DNA of 64,000 nt from Tubiluchus corallicola. Taxonomy: Eukaryota > Animalia > Priapulida. Both the position numbers and the translations under genes were made by a program. The stretch spans positions 231,520 to 295,519 of the forward strand of contig JAQGDQ010000289.1 in the NCBI GenBank assembly GCA_030141605.1. The letters run 5' to 3'. The stretch's first letter is position 1, and every line of letters begins with the position of its first letter. Below the pieces are notes generated by a model. The model was not told the DNA's origin and did no database searches. It saw nothing but the letters and a program-made list of their open reading frames with translations. Of this stretch, positions 13,101 through 24,600 are shown in pieces.

Positions 13101-14071
13101 ACAACTGAGAAAATTTGCAGCATTTTGAGAGAGGTTGAGAGGCTTCCAAATAGTTTTGCAAAATTTTAGCAAGGAGCCACAAAAATTTCCGTTCACATCC
13201 TCCATGTTGCTGACGTCAATCTTGTTAAAATACATATTAGTAGTGAACCATGATTCAAGTTTATCCTGCTATAGTTGTAAACCCTTTTCCCTCACCTTTT
13301 TTTCAATGAACTGATTCCAACTTTTTGCGCGAAAAATTTATATCATTTTCTTCAACCCTGTGAAAATTTTTCTAGTGCCAATATGTTTCCAAAGACTTCT
13401 AAATTAGATATGTCTGCTAGAAAAGTTATGCTTCTAACCCACTTATGCTACTACACACTGCAAAAGATATTACTATTAGTTATTACCTTTTAATCAGTCT
13501 GTCATTATCTATAAATATAATTTTATTCAAAACGTTACAAAGAAGCAGTATAACAGTTTACATGTACAGAGTGCAAAAATTTACAAATTAGCAGATCATA
13601 AATGATAGTTTATGTATACAAACTATATAGTTATCTGACAATAAATATTGTATTAACATGAGCAGTAGAATCTAAAAAGTGGTAAAATAGACATGTTTTT
13701 AAGGGTTTGTCATGAAGTGATCTCCTGAAACATGAGACGTTTGCTACACAATCAAGGATAAAAGGTCAATAAAGTGAAATAGTAATGTTGAAGGCGGTTC
13801 ATAATTTTTTCAAGTTTTTCTATTCAAATAGATTAAACGTGCTTTTGCTTCTCTCTCTTCGAATAATGAAACACCAACCTCTCCTCTCACAGCAGCTCCA
13901 CTACACCCCTTTGTTTTCCATATCCATCTTACAAATTCATCCTGTATACTATCATAAAACTATTATTAAAACTAAAAGTTCGCTTCTTATTTCCCAAAGG
14001 CTATCAGCGTCCATCACAACAAGCAAAATAGACATCTTGACCTTTTTGCAACGTTGTGGCTATAGCATAGA

Positions 14072-14439
14072 TCTTTGTTTGAAACTTTCTTTGGCCATCT
14101 AATACCCAAAATGTTTCTGTAATTCTATATGAAAAAACAAAAGAAGAACCTTGGACAAGAAAAATAAAAAGACGCCGTTTAAGATGGATTGGGCATATGC
14201 TCAGACTACCTGATGATATTCCAGTGAAGATAGCTCTTCAACAAGCCATAGAACCAGCTAAAAAACGTGAAGGAGGACAAATGTTAACACATTTAGATTT
14301 TGCACGAAATATTTAAACACTTCAGCATTGATCCTTAGAAATAAATGTACTTGGGGCATTTCGGCGAGCAGGGAGTCTTGGCATAGGGAGGTGAGCAGTC
14401 ATGTCACTGGACGTGTGATTCATTGGATGATGATGATGT
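14072..14439 (+). mobile_element. 5'-truncated RTE-like LINE with (GAT)n tail and 11-bp TSD
   Basis: Reads IKRRRLRWIGHMLRLPDDIPVKIAL...KKREGG, ends in a GATGATGATGAT tail, and TATAGCATAGA flanks it at 14061-14071 and 14440-14450. Confidence 0.75.
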
Positions 14440-14463
14440 TATAGCATAGAGTCAAAGTTTAGG

Positions 14464-14991
14464 AAATTATTGTTACGTACTTCGTTTTTGTGATCAGCAG
14501 CCATGCTGGCGGTATCAAATGGTGGATGATTAAAAACTTTTGAGCCGCGCATGGACTGTAATTATAATATTCTTTAGTACACCAATAGTGTTGGCATACG
14601 TACAATTTTGATAAGCCAAAATCACTTTTGCATTTTTAATAAAAGAAGAATATCTCAAATAAAACCAATTATTAGTTTAATAAACTAAAATCATTTCATG
14701 AAAACGAAAACAGTTGTAACGAAAAGGAAGCGACGAAAATTATTGTTACGTACTTCGTTTTTGTGATCAACGGCCACGCTGGCGGTATCAAAGGGTGGAT
14801 GATTAAAAACTTTTGAGCTGCGCATGGACTGTAATTATAATATTCTTTAGTACACCAATAGTGTTGGCATATGTGCAATTTTGATAAGCCAAAATCACTT
14901 TTGCGTTTTTAATAAAAGAAGAATATCTCAAATAAAACCAATTATTAGTTTAATAAACTAAAAACATTTCATGAAAACGAAAACAGTTGTA
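14464..14991. repeat. Tandem duplication, two units at 273-bp period
   Basis: Units begin AAATTATTGTTACGTACTTCGTTTTTGTGATCA at 14464 and 14737 and end CAGTTGTA at 14718 and 14991, with only scattered substitutions. Confidence 0.92.
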
Positions 14992-15161
14992 GCAATAAGT
15001 TTGTACTATGTACTTGCAAATACTTCTTCAGTCTTGTAAGTAAATTTTTACTGTTCTTCCTAAGGAAAGAGGCTAGCTGACTGTGTGATGGGCTGCCTAC
15101 AATGTAAAAAAGTAAAAAAGTGATTTTTCTCTCCCTCCCTCTCTTAGACAGAAGAGATGAA

Positions 15162-15393
15162 AGGAGAGAGAAAGAGGGGGAGGGAGAGAGAGAAAGAGAG
15201 AGACAGAGAGAGAGAGAGAGAGACAGACAGACAGGCAGACAGACACACGCACGCACGCACGCACGCGGATCTTGGCCCGGTCCGGTGCGCAGCAATGGTC
15301 CGCTCATCACTGACATTTGGCACCAGCCATTCTTAACGTGCGCGCTTATCTGAGTAATATATATATCTATGATGTGGCTAGAAAGAGAGAGAC

Positions 15394-15426
<33 letters not shown>

Positions 15427-15544
15427 CACGCACGCACGCGGATCTTGGCCCGGTCCGGTGTGCAGCAATGGTCCGCTAATCACTGACATTTGGCACCAGC
15501 CATTCTTAACGTGCGCGCTTATCTGAGTAATATATATCTATGAT
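15162..15544. repeat. Tandem duplication (173-bp period) of (GA)n/(GACA)n/(CACG)n plus a GC-rich core, immediately upstream of the striatin ATG
   Basis: Core GCGGATCTTGGCCCGGTCCGGTG..GCAATGGTCCGC...ATATATCTATGAT occurs at 15265 and 15438, nearly identical. Confidence 0.9.
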
Positions 15545-15625
15545 TTGGCTGTCAGGTTATACCTTTTTGCGTTTAATATGCATCCCAAAATGCACTGTGA
15601 ACGTAAATGGCGATAGAAGAGCAGT

Positions 15626-18600
15626 ATGCTAGAAGAAAGTGGAGGAAATCAAGAAATTTCTAATGGCCAGATTTCACCAGGAGTACCTTGTGTGGGCCAA
15701 AGCATTACCAGAAGTACTGAAGAACAACTCCAGGGATTACAATATTCTATACCAGGGATATTACATTTTATCCAGCATGAGTGGGCGAGGTTCGAGATGG
15801 AACGGTCGCAGTGGGATGTGGAAAGAGCTGAATTACAAGTAGGTGTAATAATCCAATCGTTTTATTTATATGGGCTTAGTAATAGTAATGAACCGATAAC
15901 TGACCCGTACTGGAACTGTCGCTAGTATGACTGTTTTCCGCGAAAACCAGTCGGTAATGAAGTAACGGAATTAATATGACAGTTTGCGACAAGTAATACG
16001 AAAAATAAGCGCGAGTTGGATGTCTGGGTAACAACTAGTGAGCTCCTGGTACGTGTCTTCACCAGTTCACACTTCACTGGTAATGCTGGTTATGGTGATT
16101 GTGAATTATGGTTTTAGTTTACAATCGTATTTATATAACAGGTAGTAGTACACATGGATTTTCACAGGACCCAATTTTAAAGGAGAAGCTAGGAACTTGT
16201 GCTTATTTTACTACATGAGAAAAATTTTAAAAAGTTTCTGCAATAAAATTGTGATAAGCGCCTTTTGTAATTAGTAAAATCAATTTAAAATCGCGATCTC
16301 TTCACGCTTAGACGTTGTCAATTAGAATAAAAAATAACATCAACCGGTTACCGTGCGATATAAACTTATTCTGCCAGGTACTTGAGCAAACTTTTTACAG
16401 CTGCAGTTACTGTTATCAACTGCAAATAATCCAAAACATTCAATGAATACTGTTTTTTGCTTTTTGATGACTCCTATTACCTACTATGAAAACCAGTTAG
16501 AGATAATATGATAACCTCCAACTCAGTTAGTTAATGCCAACAAAGTAACAAAATAATTATTTTAATAAGCCAAAGTCTATAAGTTAAATATACCACCCAA
16601 TACCTGTATGGTCGCAGCCTCACAGAATTCCATGCTCATCTGTAATTATTAGGTGTAGTACTTAAGCATTTTGTGGTATAATCCTGTGGATTAAAGTTAT
16701 GTAAGCACTTTCGAAGTTATTGCTAATTAACCTAGCAACTAATTTTTGCATGAACATTATGTGAACAGCTAAACACAAAGATTTAGTGAGCTATAATGAT
16801 GAAATTTCTGAGCGAACTGCAGAAGTTTTGTCACACTTGCCTATGTCCACCAACTCACATTATTTTATTCAAATATGCCCGCAGCAAGGTTCATTTGGCG
16901 GAAGATGAGAACGATTTAAATTTCTTTTGCATTTTTAAGCAAGACATTTATGCTTGTATGTTATGTGGTAATATCAATATTTTTAAGTGTACTGTATGTT
17001 AAAACACAAATGTTGTTTGAGGGTTGATTTTTCCTTTAATATTTTAAAATTGCTCAAAACAATTTAATGCGTAAAATATTGAAAGAACACAAAAGTGTTT
17101 TTAAGAGTGACTTATGTGAAAGACTGTTATCAAGAATTATTATTAATTTCATGTTTGCACCCTCCTGCTGCATGATTAGCGACTCACTAGTTAGATTGAT
17201 ACAGTGCCTGCACCTCAGAAGAATTTTGCACAAAATACTGGCACTGTACCTCTGAAGTTCTGGTGTGGTGAAATAGCACGCAACGATAAGCCGAGAATTT
17301 AAATTTTTAAGCATGAATATGCCCAATTTTTGTGTTACATGTCATGGTCAATGTTGCACAGTAACACTATGTTACAATTTTCGCTGTTGCAAACACCTGC
17401 ATCACACTTGTGGAGTGTTTATGCTGTTAAAAATTATGTTCAGTTCCTGCCTCATGATCGTCGTCACTTGCTAGCTGTTAATGGACTTTTAATCTATTAT
17501 TTAATTCAGAACCGCACATTGGCATACCTGTGTTAAAATGCATACTTTTTCCCGTACTTCAGAATAGAGCAGGATATGAAAGGTGATCCTGTTTTGTATA
17601 AATTGTTAAAGTCAATAGATACTTTGTAGCATGCGCACATGGAAGAGTGTAAAAATTACGCTACTAAATTGCTAGCCACTATGTCTGGTTAACAGTATTA
17701 TATACTTATAATGAATACTTAAGTGTTGAGGTTGATTAAGGTTGATATCCGATCAATAGATTCAGCCCAGTGCAATGCACTGAATGCAGTTTATGTAAAA
17801 AGCGCTTCCTAGCTATTTCAAGTAGTTCATGCACTTGTGCTTGGTGCATTGATGATAAAAGACATAACATAATTAAGTGCAAAATGTTTAGCCAACAAGA
17901 TGGAATAATTAATAGCACAAAATTGTAAGTATGACAGAAATGTGAAGAAGAAGATAGTTGATTGTGAAATGCATGCAATTGTATCACTACTGCAATCAGA
18001 GTTTGGTAATTTTAGAGAAATTAAAGTAACATGTAATTTAAGGAATATATTTTTATTAAAAAAATTAAATGTACCTTGGTGAAATTTCTAAGTAGAAAAT
18101 TGTAGATATTTTAAATATTTTGCTCCTGCAACTCTCACAAATGATTAAATCAAAATAATGAATTTTTTAAAATTATAAAAAAAATTAATTTTAACGCCAT
18201 CATGTGTAATCAAACAGTTTGGAAAATAATATATTTACCGTACTTTAAAATGGGGTATGATATGAAAATTCATCCTGTTTTCCTTTAAATACTAAATGAG
18301 GCAACATAAACTTAAGACAATTAAAGACATTAATTAAGGACTTTGGTAGTAAGCTAATAACATTCTGATTATGCACACATTCAGCCCTGCTAGTGATGAC
18401 ATCACAACTGAACATAATTTTCAACATCACAAACATTCCATAAAAAGTGGAAATTGCTACTGCACAACATTCAGTGTGGTATACAAAAACTTGGCAAATT
18501 TTAAGCTTAAATTTCGAATTTCAAGTTTAATGTTGTGCTCATGCATGATTTTTCGAACGTGTGTACTATGTCACAACCGAACACCTCTGCACTTTTATCT

Positions 18601-21600
18601 CTTCAGGCTAGAATAGCATTTCTACAAGGGGAAAGACAGGGACAGGAGAACCTGAAGCGAGATCTTGTGCGGAGAATCAAAATGTTGGAATATGCTTTAA
18701 AACAAGAAAGGTATTAAACTGCCCATTATTCTAATTTATTTTAAATTAGTAATTTTTTCTGTAAGTCCTAGTAGTTCATACAAATGCCAGTTTTCTTACT
18801 TCATGTTTAGCAATATTATCAAGTTCTCCAGTTCTGAGATTGGAATCGTGTGGAACTTCGTTGAGAATGTTTTGCTGAATCAATAGGCATGTACAGTGAT
18901 GATGTAACACTCTCCGGTTCCAAGGCAATGTGCAATTAAGAACTTTCTCATAAGTTTGTGAGTGGTACATTTGAATTATCAAGCAACTGCTGCCTCTGCA
19001 GTGCTTATTTGAGGAGAACACCCATAATCATAACAAAGGCTGCATTGTATATATGTGCCATCCATCATTTCGCTGGTGGCAACTTTACACTTCTGTTAAA
19101 TAACTTGGTTAACTGGTTTTATGGCCTCCTAGCTGTATCAGGAAATGTGAAAATTGTTTGATGAAGGGCAGTTTTACTGCACTGACCCATTGCTGAAAGA
19201 CCACAAGTAATTGTCATATATGTCAGTTTTATTGGGTTAATAAATTCATGTTTATGGTTATAGTGCTTTGTTAAATTCGTCGGCTATGTAGTTATAATTT
19301 CAAGTGGTAAATTTACACATATTCATTTTTTTTCAATGATTTTTAACTCATAGATTGTTAACTCTGATATTCATGAGAAATAATAGTAATTAGTAGTAAT
19401 TTCTTTTTTGAACTTTTTTAATACACGAGGCCAAAAAATGTCACTTAAAAATGCACTTTAATTAAACAAATTGATTAATCTAGACATGAATTAGCCAATA
19501 AGCTAACTCTGATCTTCTGATGGCTTTGGGTTGTTTTTTTCCAGATCAAAGAATAAGACAAAATATAGTGGAGAGCAGGTCACAGACATTAAATTACATG
19601 ATCAGACTGGTAACATCATATTAATATTAAGTGCTATAATATTAATTTAGGGCCATGTGATTTAGTGATTTACCATTAAAAAAACTTGTCAGTATAACAA
19701 AAGTTTCCTAAGAGCTCTTTTGAGCTTACTTATAACTTTCTTTGATTTGAATTTGTAGCAATTTGATCGTTTAGTTACAGAATTTGTATTTCCTGATATT
19801 TGGCATTAATGGAGTTAAAATTAAAAATCACATCTAATAGACGTACGAATTCACAAAATAATCAATGATTAATGAACAAATTGGGTGACTCGTTTCAATT
19901 ATACTGTTATTATGCACCGTAATTCATTAGTTCCTGTTATAGACTTTTACAATTAAAATTTGTTCGTGAAGTCTCACATGCAGATTTTTTTAATGTTTTT
20001 TACTGGATGTAGAATTTGATTTTGATGTTAATGGTTTTTCCTTATTCCAGATGATTTAAATGGAGATGTAATAATGTCAGGGTCAATTGGTACAAATTCA
20101 TGGAAACAGGGAAGACATTTATTGCGCAAGTAAGCTATTTGATTTGAACTTGTAGCTAATTTACGGCATAACTGAGTAATTTGCTAATTATGTTTGTTGG
20201 GAAACCAATTAAAAAGGTTATAAATGATAATAATACATTTTTGTTCGGGCATTTATAACTGCACATTGCTGTTAAATTTTTCGTGAATCACAGTGTGCAG
20301 GGTCTAGCAAATAAAGAGTACAGTTGATTAAGCATGCTATCTTGTACCTAGTTTGACAAGTAGTTTGTTTTACAGGTATCTGCAAGAGATCGGTTATACA
20401 GACACAATAATAGATGTGCGATCCGCTAGGGTGCGTCAGCTTCTTGGTTTAACTCCTAATAACAATGAAGTGAACAAAGACTTGATATTGCCCGCAATAA
20501 ATGGAGAGCAGGGACGGAGACGTGAAGCTATGGTTGGGCAGAGGTATGTAATTTTTTTGCATTGGGATGACCTCTCCAGGATTGGTTGGTGATTACCTTC
20601 GTAGTAAAGACTATTGGCAAAAGTAATAATTTTACCACTTAGTAAAAATAGGTTCTTCTGTCATTTCCACAGAGTGCTTAATTACTTCTTCTGCTTTAAC
20701 AGTATTACCAGACCCTGACGCCGTTAAAATAAGTGTCGGTAGGCAGTGGCAAATTAGCTTTTTTTGTTGACGCCGCTGCACTGGGTATAACAGGAGCAGT
20801 GCTTCGTAACTATTTAGTAAAATAACTGTCTTGACTCTTACTTGTATGGTATTGAATATCAATGACTTTTTCTTCTATGAAAATAAACGGATACGTAGAA
20901 TTTTTGAAATAAGAATTGTAATAAGAGAAATAACACACTTTATTTATTATGAAAATATTAAAGGTTATGGAATAACTTGGTATTAGAGATGTCTAAAAAT
21001 ATTAATGGGTAAAATTTATTTTCTGTTTTATGTTTTTATTGTTTCATACACTTGACCAATTTTAACCCTTTCACTACGTAGTTGCTTGTTAACAGGGCCA
21101 CATTGGCTTTTGCACATTTGACAATAACTTCTTGTGGTGTGTTACTAAAACACAATCTTGTAAATAAACAAATAGCCATTTGTTATTAAACACTAATTTG
21201 AATATTAGTTTTATTTATACACATAAACACACATCCGTGCACACATATATGCACTCATGCATGCATGCAGGTGCACAGCCACACAAATAAGCACATACTT
21301 ATATTTAGAAGCCAATTTACACAAAAGTCAATTTACTAATCCATAATATGCAATTATTTTATAAGAATGCAGAACAAGTGATTAAGCACATTTCACCAAC
21401 TATTAACAAGCAATTTTGAATGAGAATGTACTATATTGTATAGTATTATCGAATGCACATGGCTTCAGACTTTGATTGGTTGGCTAGCGGGACTTGTTGC
21501 GAAGCAACCACAATCCCAAAGCTGCTAAACGTTTCTACAATGTTTTTGCATGGCTGTAGCAGTGAACTAAGCAGACCTGGGTAACAGCGCTTTGTGCTGA

Positions 21601-24600
21601 GCTCGGGCGGCAGTCTGCTGCCTTCTGTCCCTTACAAAAAAAACATAGGCGGCACTGTGCCACCTTTCGTAGTGAAAGGGTTAAATTATGGTTAGCCATG
21701 CAATTGTGCTAGAGCATAGCTTTTTTCAGAGTTCCTTAACAATTCAGTAGGCACTTATACATTGACTAGCTTATTTATCACAGAATTAGGATAGACATTT
21801 AAATCAGCTTTATCTCTCAGAAGTCTAGCTGTCTTCTTTTCATTTGTTAATATGTTCTTAATCAAGTGTCCAAGAGCTCTATTATCATATGTTTATATTA
21901 TCTCTCTGCAATTGGCATCAAGTTTATCTCATACGACCATATCATTTTGTTCTAGAAATGGTTTCATTGCTAACACATTACTGCTATTTTTGTTTATATT
22001 GACTTTCATATCACCTGTCATAATAATGTAATAGTAATTATGTATGTTGATCAATTAAACTTTAAACCTTATAGAAATGCCTTTTTGGGGCAAAAATTCT
22101 TACCTGAACACTGACAAATTTTCTGATGGCAAAAGAGACAGTGTCGTACTATTTTGCTCAGAACTTAGACGTTATTTATAGTGCCAAAATAATGTAAGTT
22201 CTAGGAAATTATTATGCGGATGGTCATAGAGGAATATCTGGGTTTGACTCATGTAAGAATAATTTTCATTTACTTTATTTTGCATTTTGCACATGATACT
22301 TAACATTCATTTTATCGTGTTTATACTTTTGACATATAATTGCAATGTTTGTTTGATTATTTATGTATCTCATTTGCTACTAGTTCTACTATTTTGTTAT
22401 GCTTTGCAAATCTATGGCAATACACTAAATGTACACATGGCTTTATGCAACTTATTCTTGGACTATTTTTTGCAGGGATTCTTCTAGTCATATGTCGAGT
22501 ACGCTCGGTGACACAATGATGTTAGAAAGTGAGACCGCTATTATGGACACTTTTCCATTTCTTTCTCCTGAAAATGAAGTTGATGTGGAAGATGATGATG
22601 AAGAGATGAAGTAAGATAGTGGTCTCATATGTCTGTTTTGTTTTATTGTTTAAAATATTGTTAGTTGCTGAGGCTGCTAGAACTTGGAAACGTAGATGAA
22701 GAAGAGTATTTTTGAAGTTAGCTCTGTGATCCTAAGAAGAAAATTAGTACAATGTTACATAACTATTTCAAATTTTTATTGATTTGTTAATTAAGCAGCT
22801 GATTAATTAATAAACTTCTTATCTTAATGTTCAAGATTGCCACAATAGAATGATTTAACATTAATTATTAATTATATTTTTCGAAAGAGCAAACATCTAA
22901 TCAAAAAAAATGTAACGAAAGCACCAGCACATAGATATGAAAAAGGGAGCAGAAGGTAATTTACAATTTGTTTTTATGTTTTAGTGATGCTGATCTGATG
23001 GACGATATCAGAGTTTCTGATGAAGTTGAACGATTAGATCAACGAAGACACAAAGTAAAGGTAGTATTTTTCATCCAATCCCACTGATTGCCAGCATTGT
23101 ATGCACCCAAGCTTGGAGAATCCGATTTATTAAAATAAAGTGTACCTAATAATTTTTTGGTTTGTCGGAAACTGAGGACAACTTTTCTTTTTTTATCTCC
23201 ACTTTCACTTGATGTAGTCCTTATTTCAGGTATAATAAATTTTGTTTGGTATAAGTACGTCTACTTGCAATTTAGCAGTCAAAGTGCCATGTATTTGCTA
23301 GAGTCACATCGCCACCTCTTGACATTACCTGTTTGTTATTTTGTGGCCTGTAATTACTCTTACTGTTGGAGCAGAGATTAATAACATCAACGTCTATAGT
23401 CTGGTTTTTACTTTTTCATTTTTGCTCTGTGGGTGGTTTGGTGCTGGAATATTACTATCGTTGTGAAAAGAAAATTAATTAATACGTCACAGCTGCATAC
23501 TTTACAATTATGTGATTATCATAATACGTAATTGCCAGTTGCCTTAGGAATTAATAAAAAGTGACATCATTGTCCAAAGGGTTATAAAATGGAAAGGTAA
23601 AATGTCTACATTCTTAAGAAAAATTCACTTTAGTACAGAACAGTTAAAATTTATAAAATTGTAATACAAAAAATAATGAGTTTTTATCAGTTAGTTCTGA
23701 CAGAATTAGTCCCCTTTCTGACAGTATAGTTTCTGACAGTATATAATGATATGCTGCGTCACATCTAAAGTAAGTTGAGGCAATAATTTAATTTAATTTG
23801 ACAAGGCGATGAATTCGAGTAACGAAGGTATGGCACGGATGGATGATTTGATGGCTGCAGAAACAGAAGAGGCGTTATCAGAGTTTGACTTTCTTGGTCC
23901 TGATGGTGATCGTACACAAGGTAGTAAAATGAATAATTTAATGGGTCATTTGTTTAGTAACAAAGCTTGGTTTTGATAGTGTGCGTTATGCTTGCATTTA
24001 GTATCTGTTTGCACTTTGCTGAATGCTTTCCTTTATTTGCATGGTTGTTTAGAACATTTAAATTTGTCGATTATGATGAAAATTGTGGTTTTAATTTTTT
24101 CCTCTTTTGTTGCAGTTTAGCACTATAGAAGCCAAGTCCAGCGGGGTCTATATTGCAGGGTAATGAGGTATGCTTCTGTACGTGCTAGTAATGGCACTGT
24201 AACTTGCTCATTATCAAGGATCATCCATAAAGAAGACACTAAATCAGCAGTGACTTGGCAGTGTTTGTCCTTTGTGAAGATGCGAAATAAGACTTTCTTA
24301 AACTCATATTCCTGGATTAAACTTTGCATTACTAAGTCTTTCAATAAAACTTATCAAAGGGTGTGCTTTCAAAAGACACCCTGCAAGTATTTGCTTTTGC
24401 CTGGTTACAATTCACTTTTGTTACAGTTTTTCAAATAAAGGAAAGCATTATTTGTTGCATGCTTTTGCATCCTAAGCTCACCTATCTTTGCACATTTTGT
24501 GTTTGTTTGCATGATGCTTGCTTCCATGGTAACAGAGTTTGATGATGAAGCTGACATTACTGTTGATGAGCAGGAGTCGTTGGATGATGACGATTGGTCT

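Noticed and set aside
14969-15526. ORFs of 154, 77 and 69 aa rich in SL/ER repeats
   Set aside because: They are translations of (GA)n/(CACG)n microsatellites and a tandem duplication, with no protein features.
14464-15544. Repeats as a possible CRISPR-like array
   Set aside because: Only two long units each, no unique spacers, and a eukaryotic context.
24116-24167. Exon-like segment with a strong polypyrimidine tract/AG and a GTATGC donor in striatin intron 8
   Set aside because: It hits a stop at once in the required phase 1. It could be a poison exon, but that cannot be supported without transcripts.
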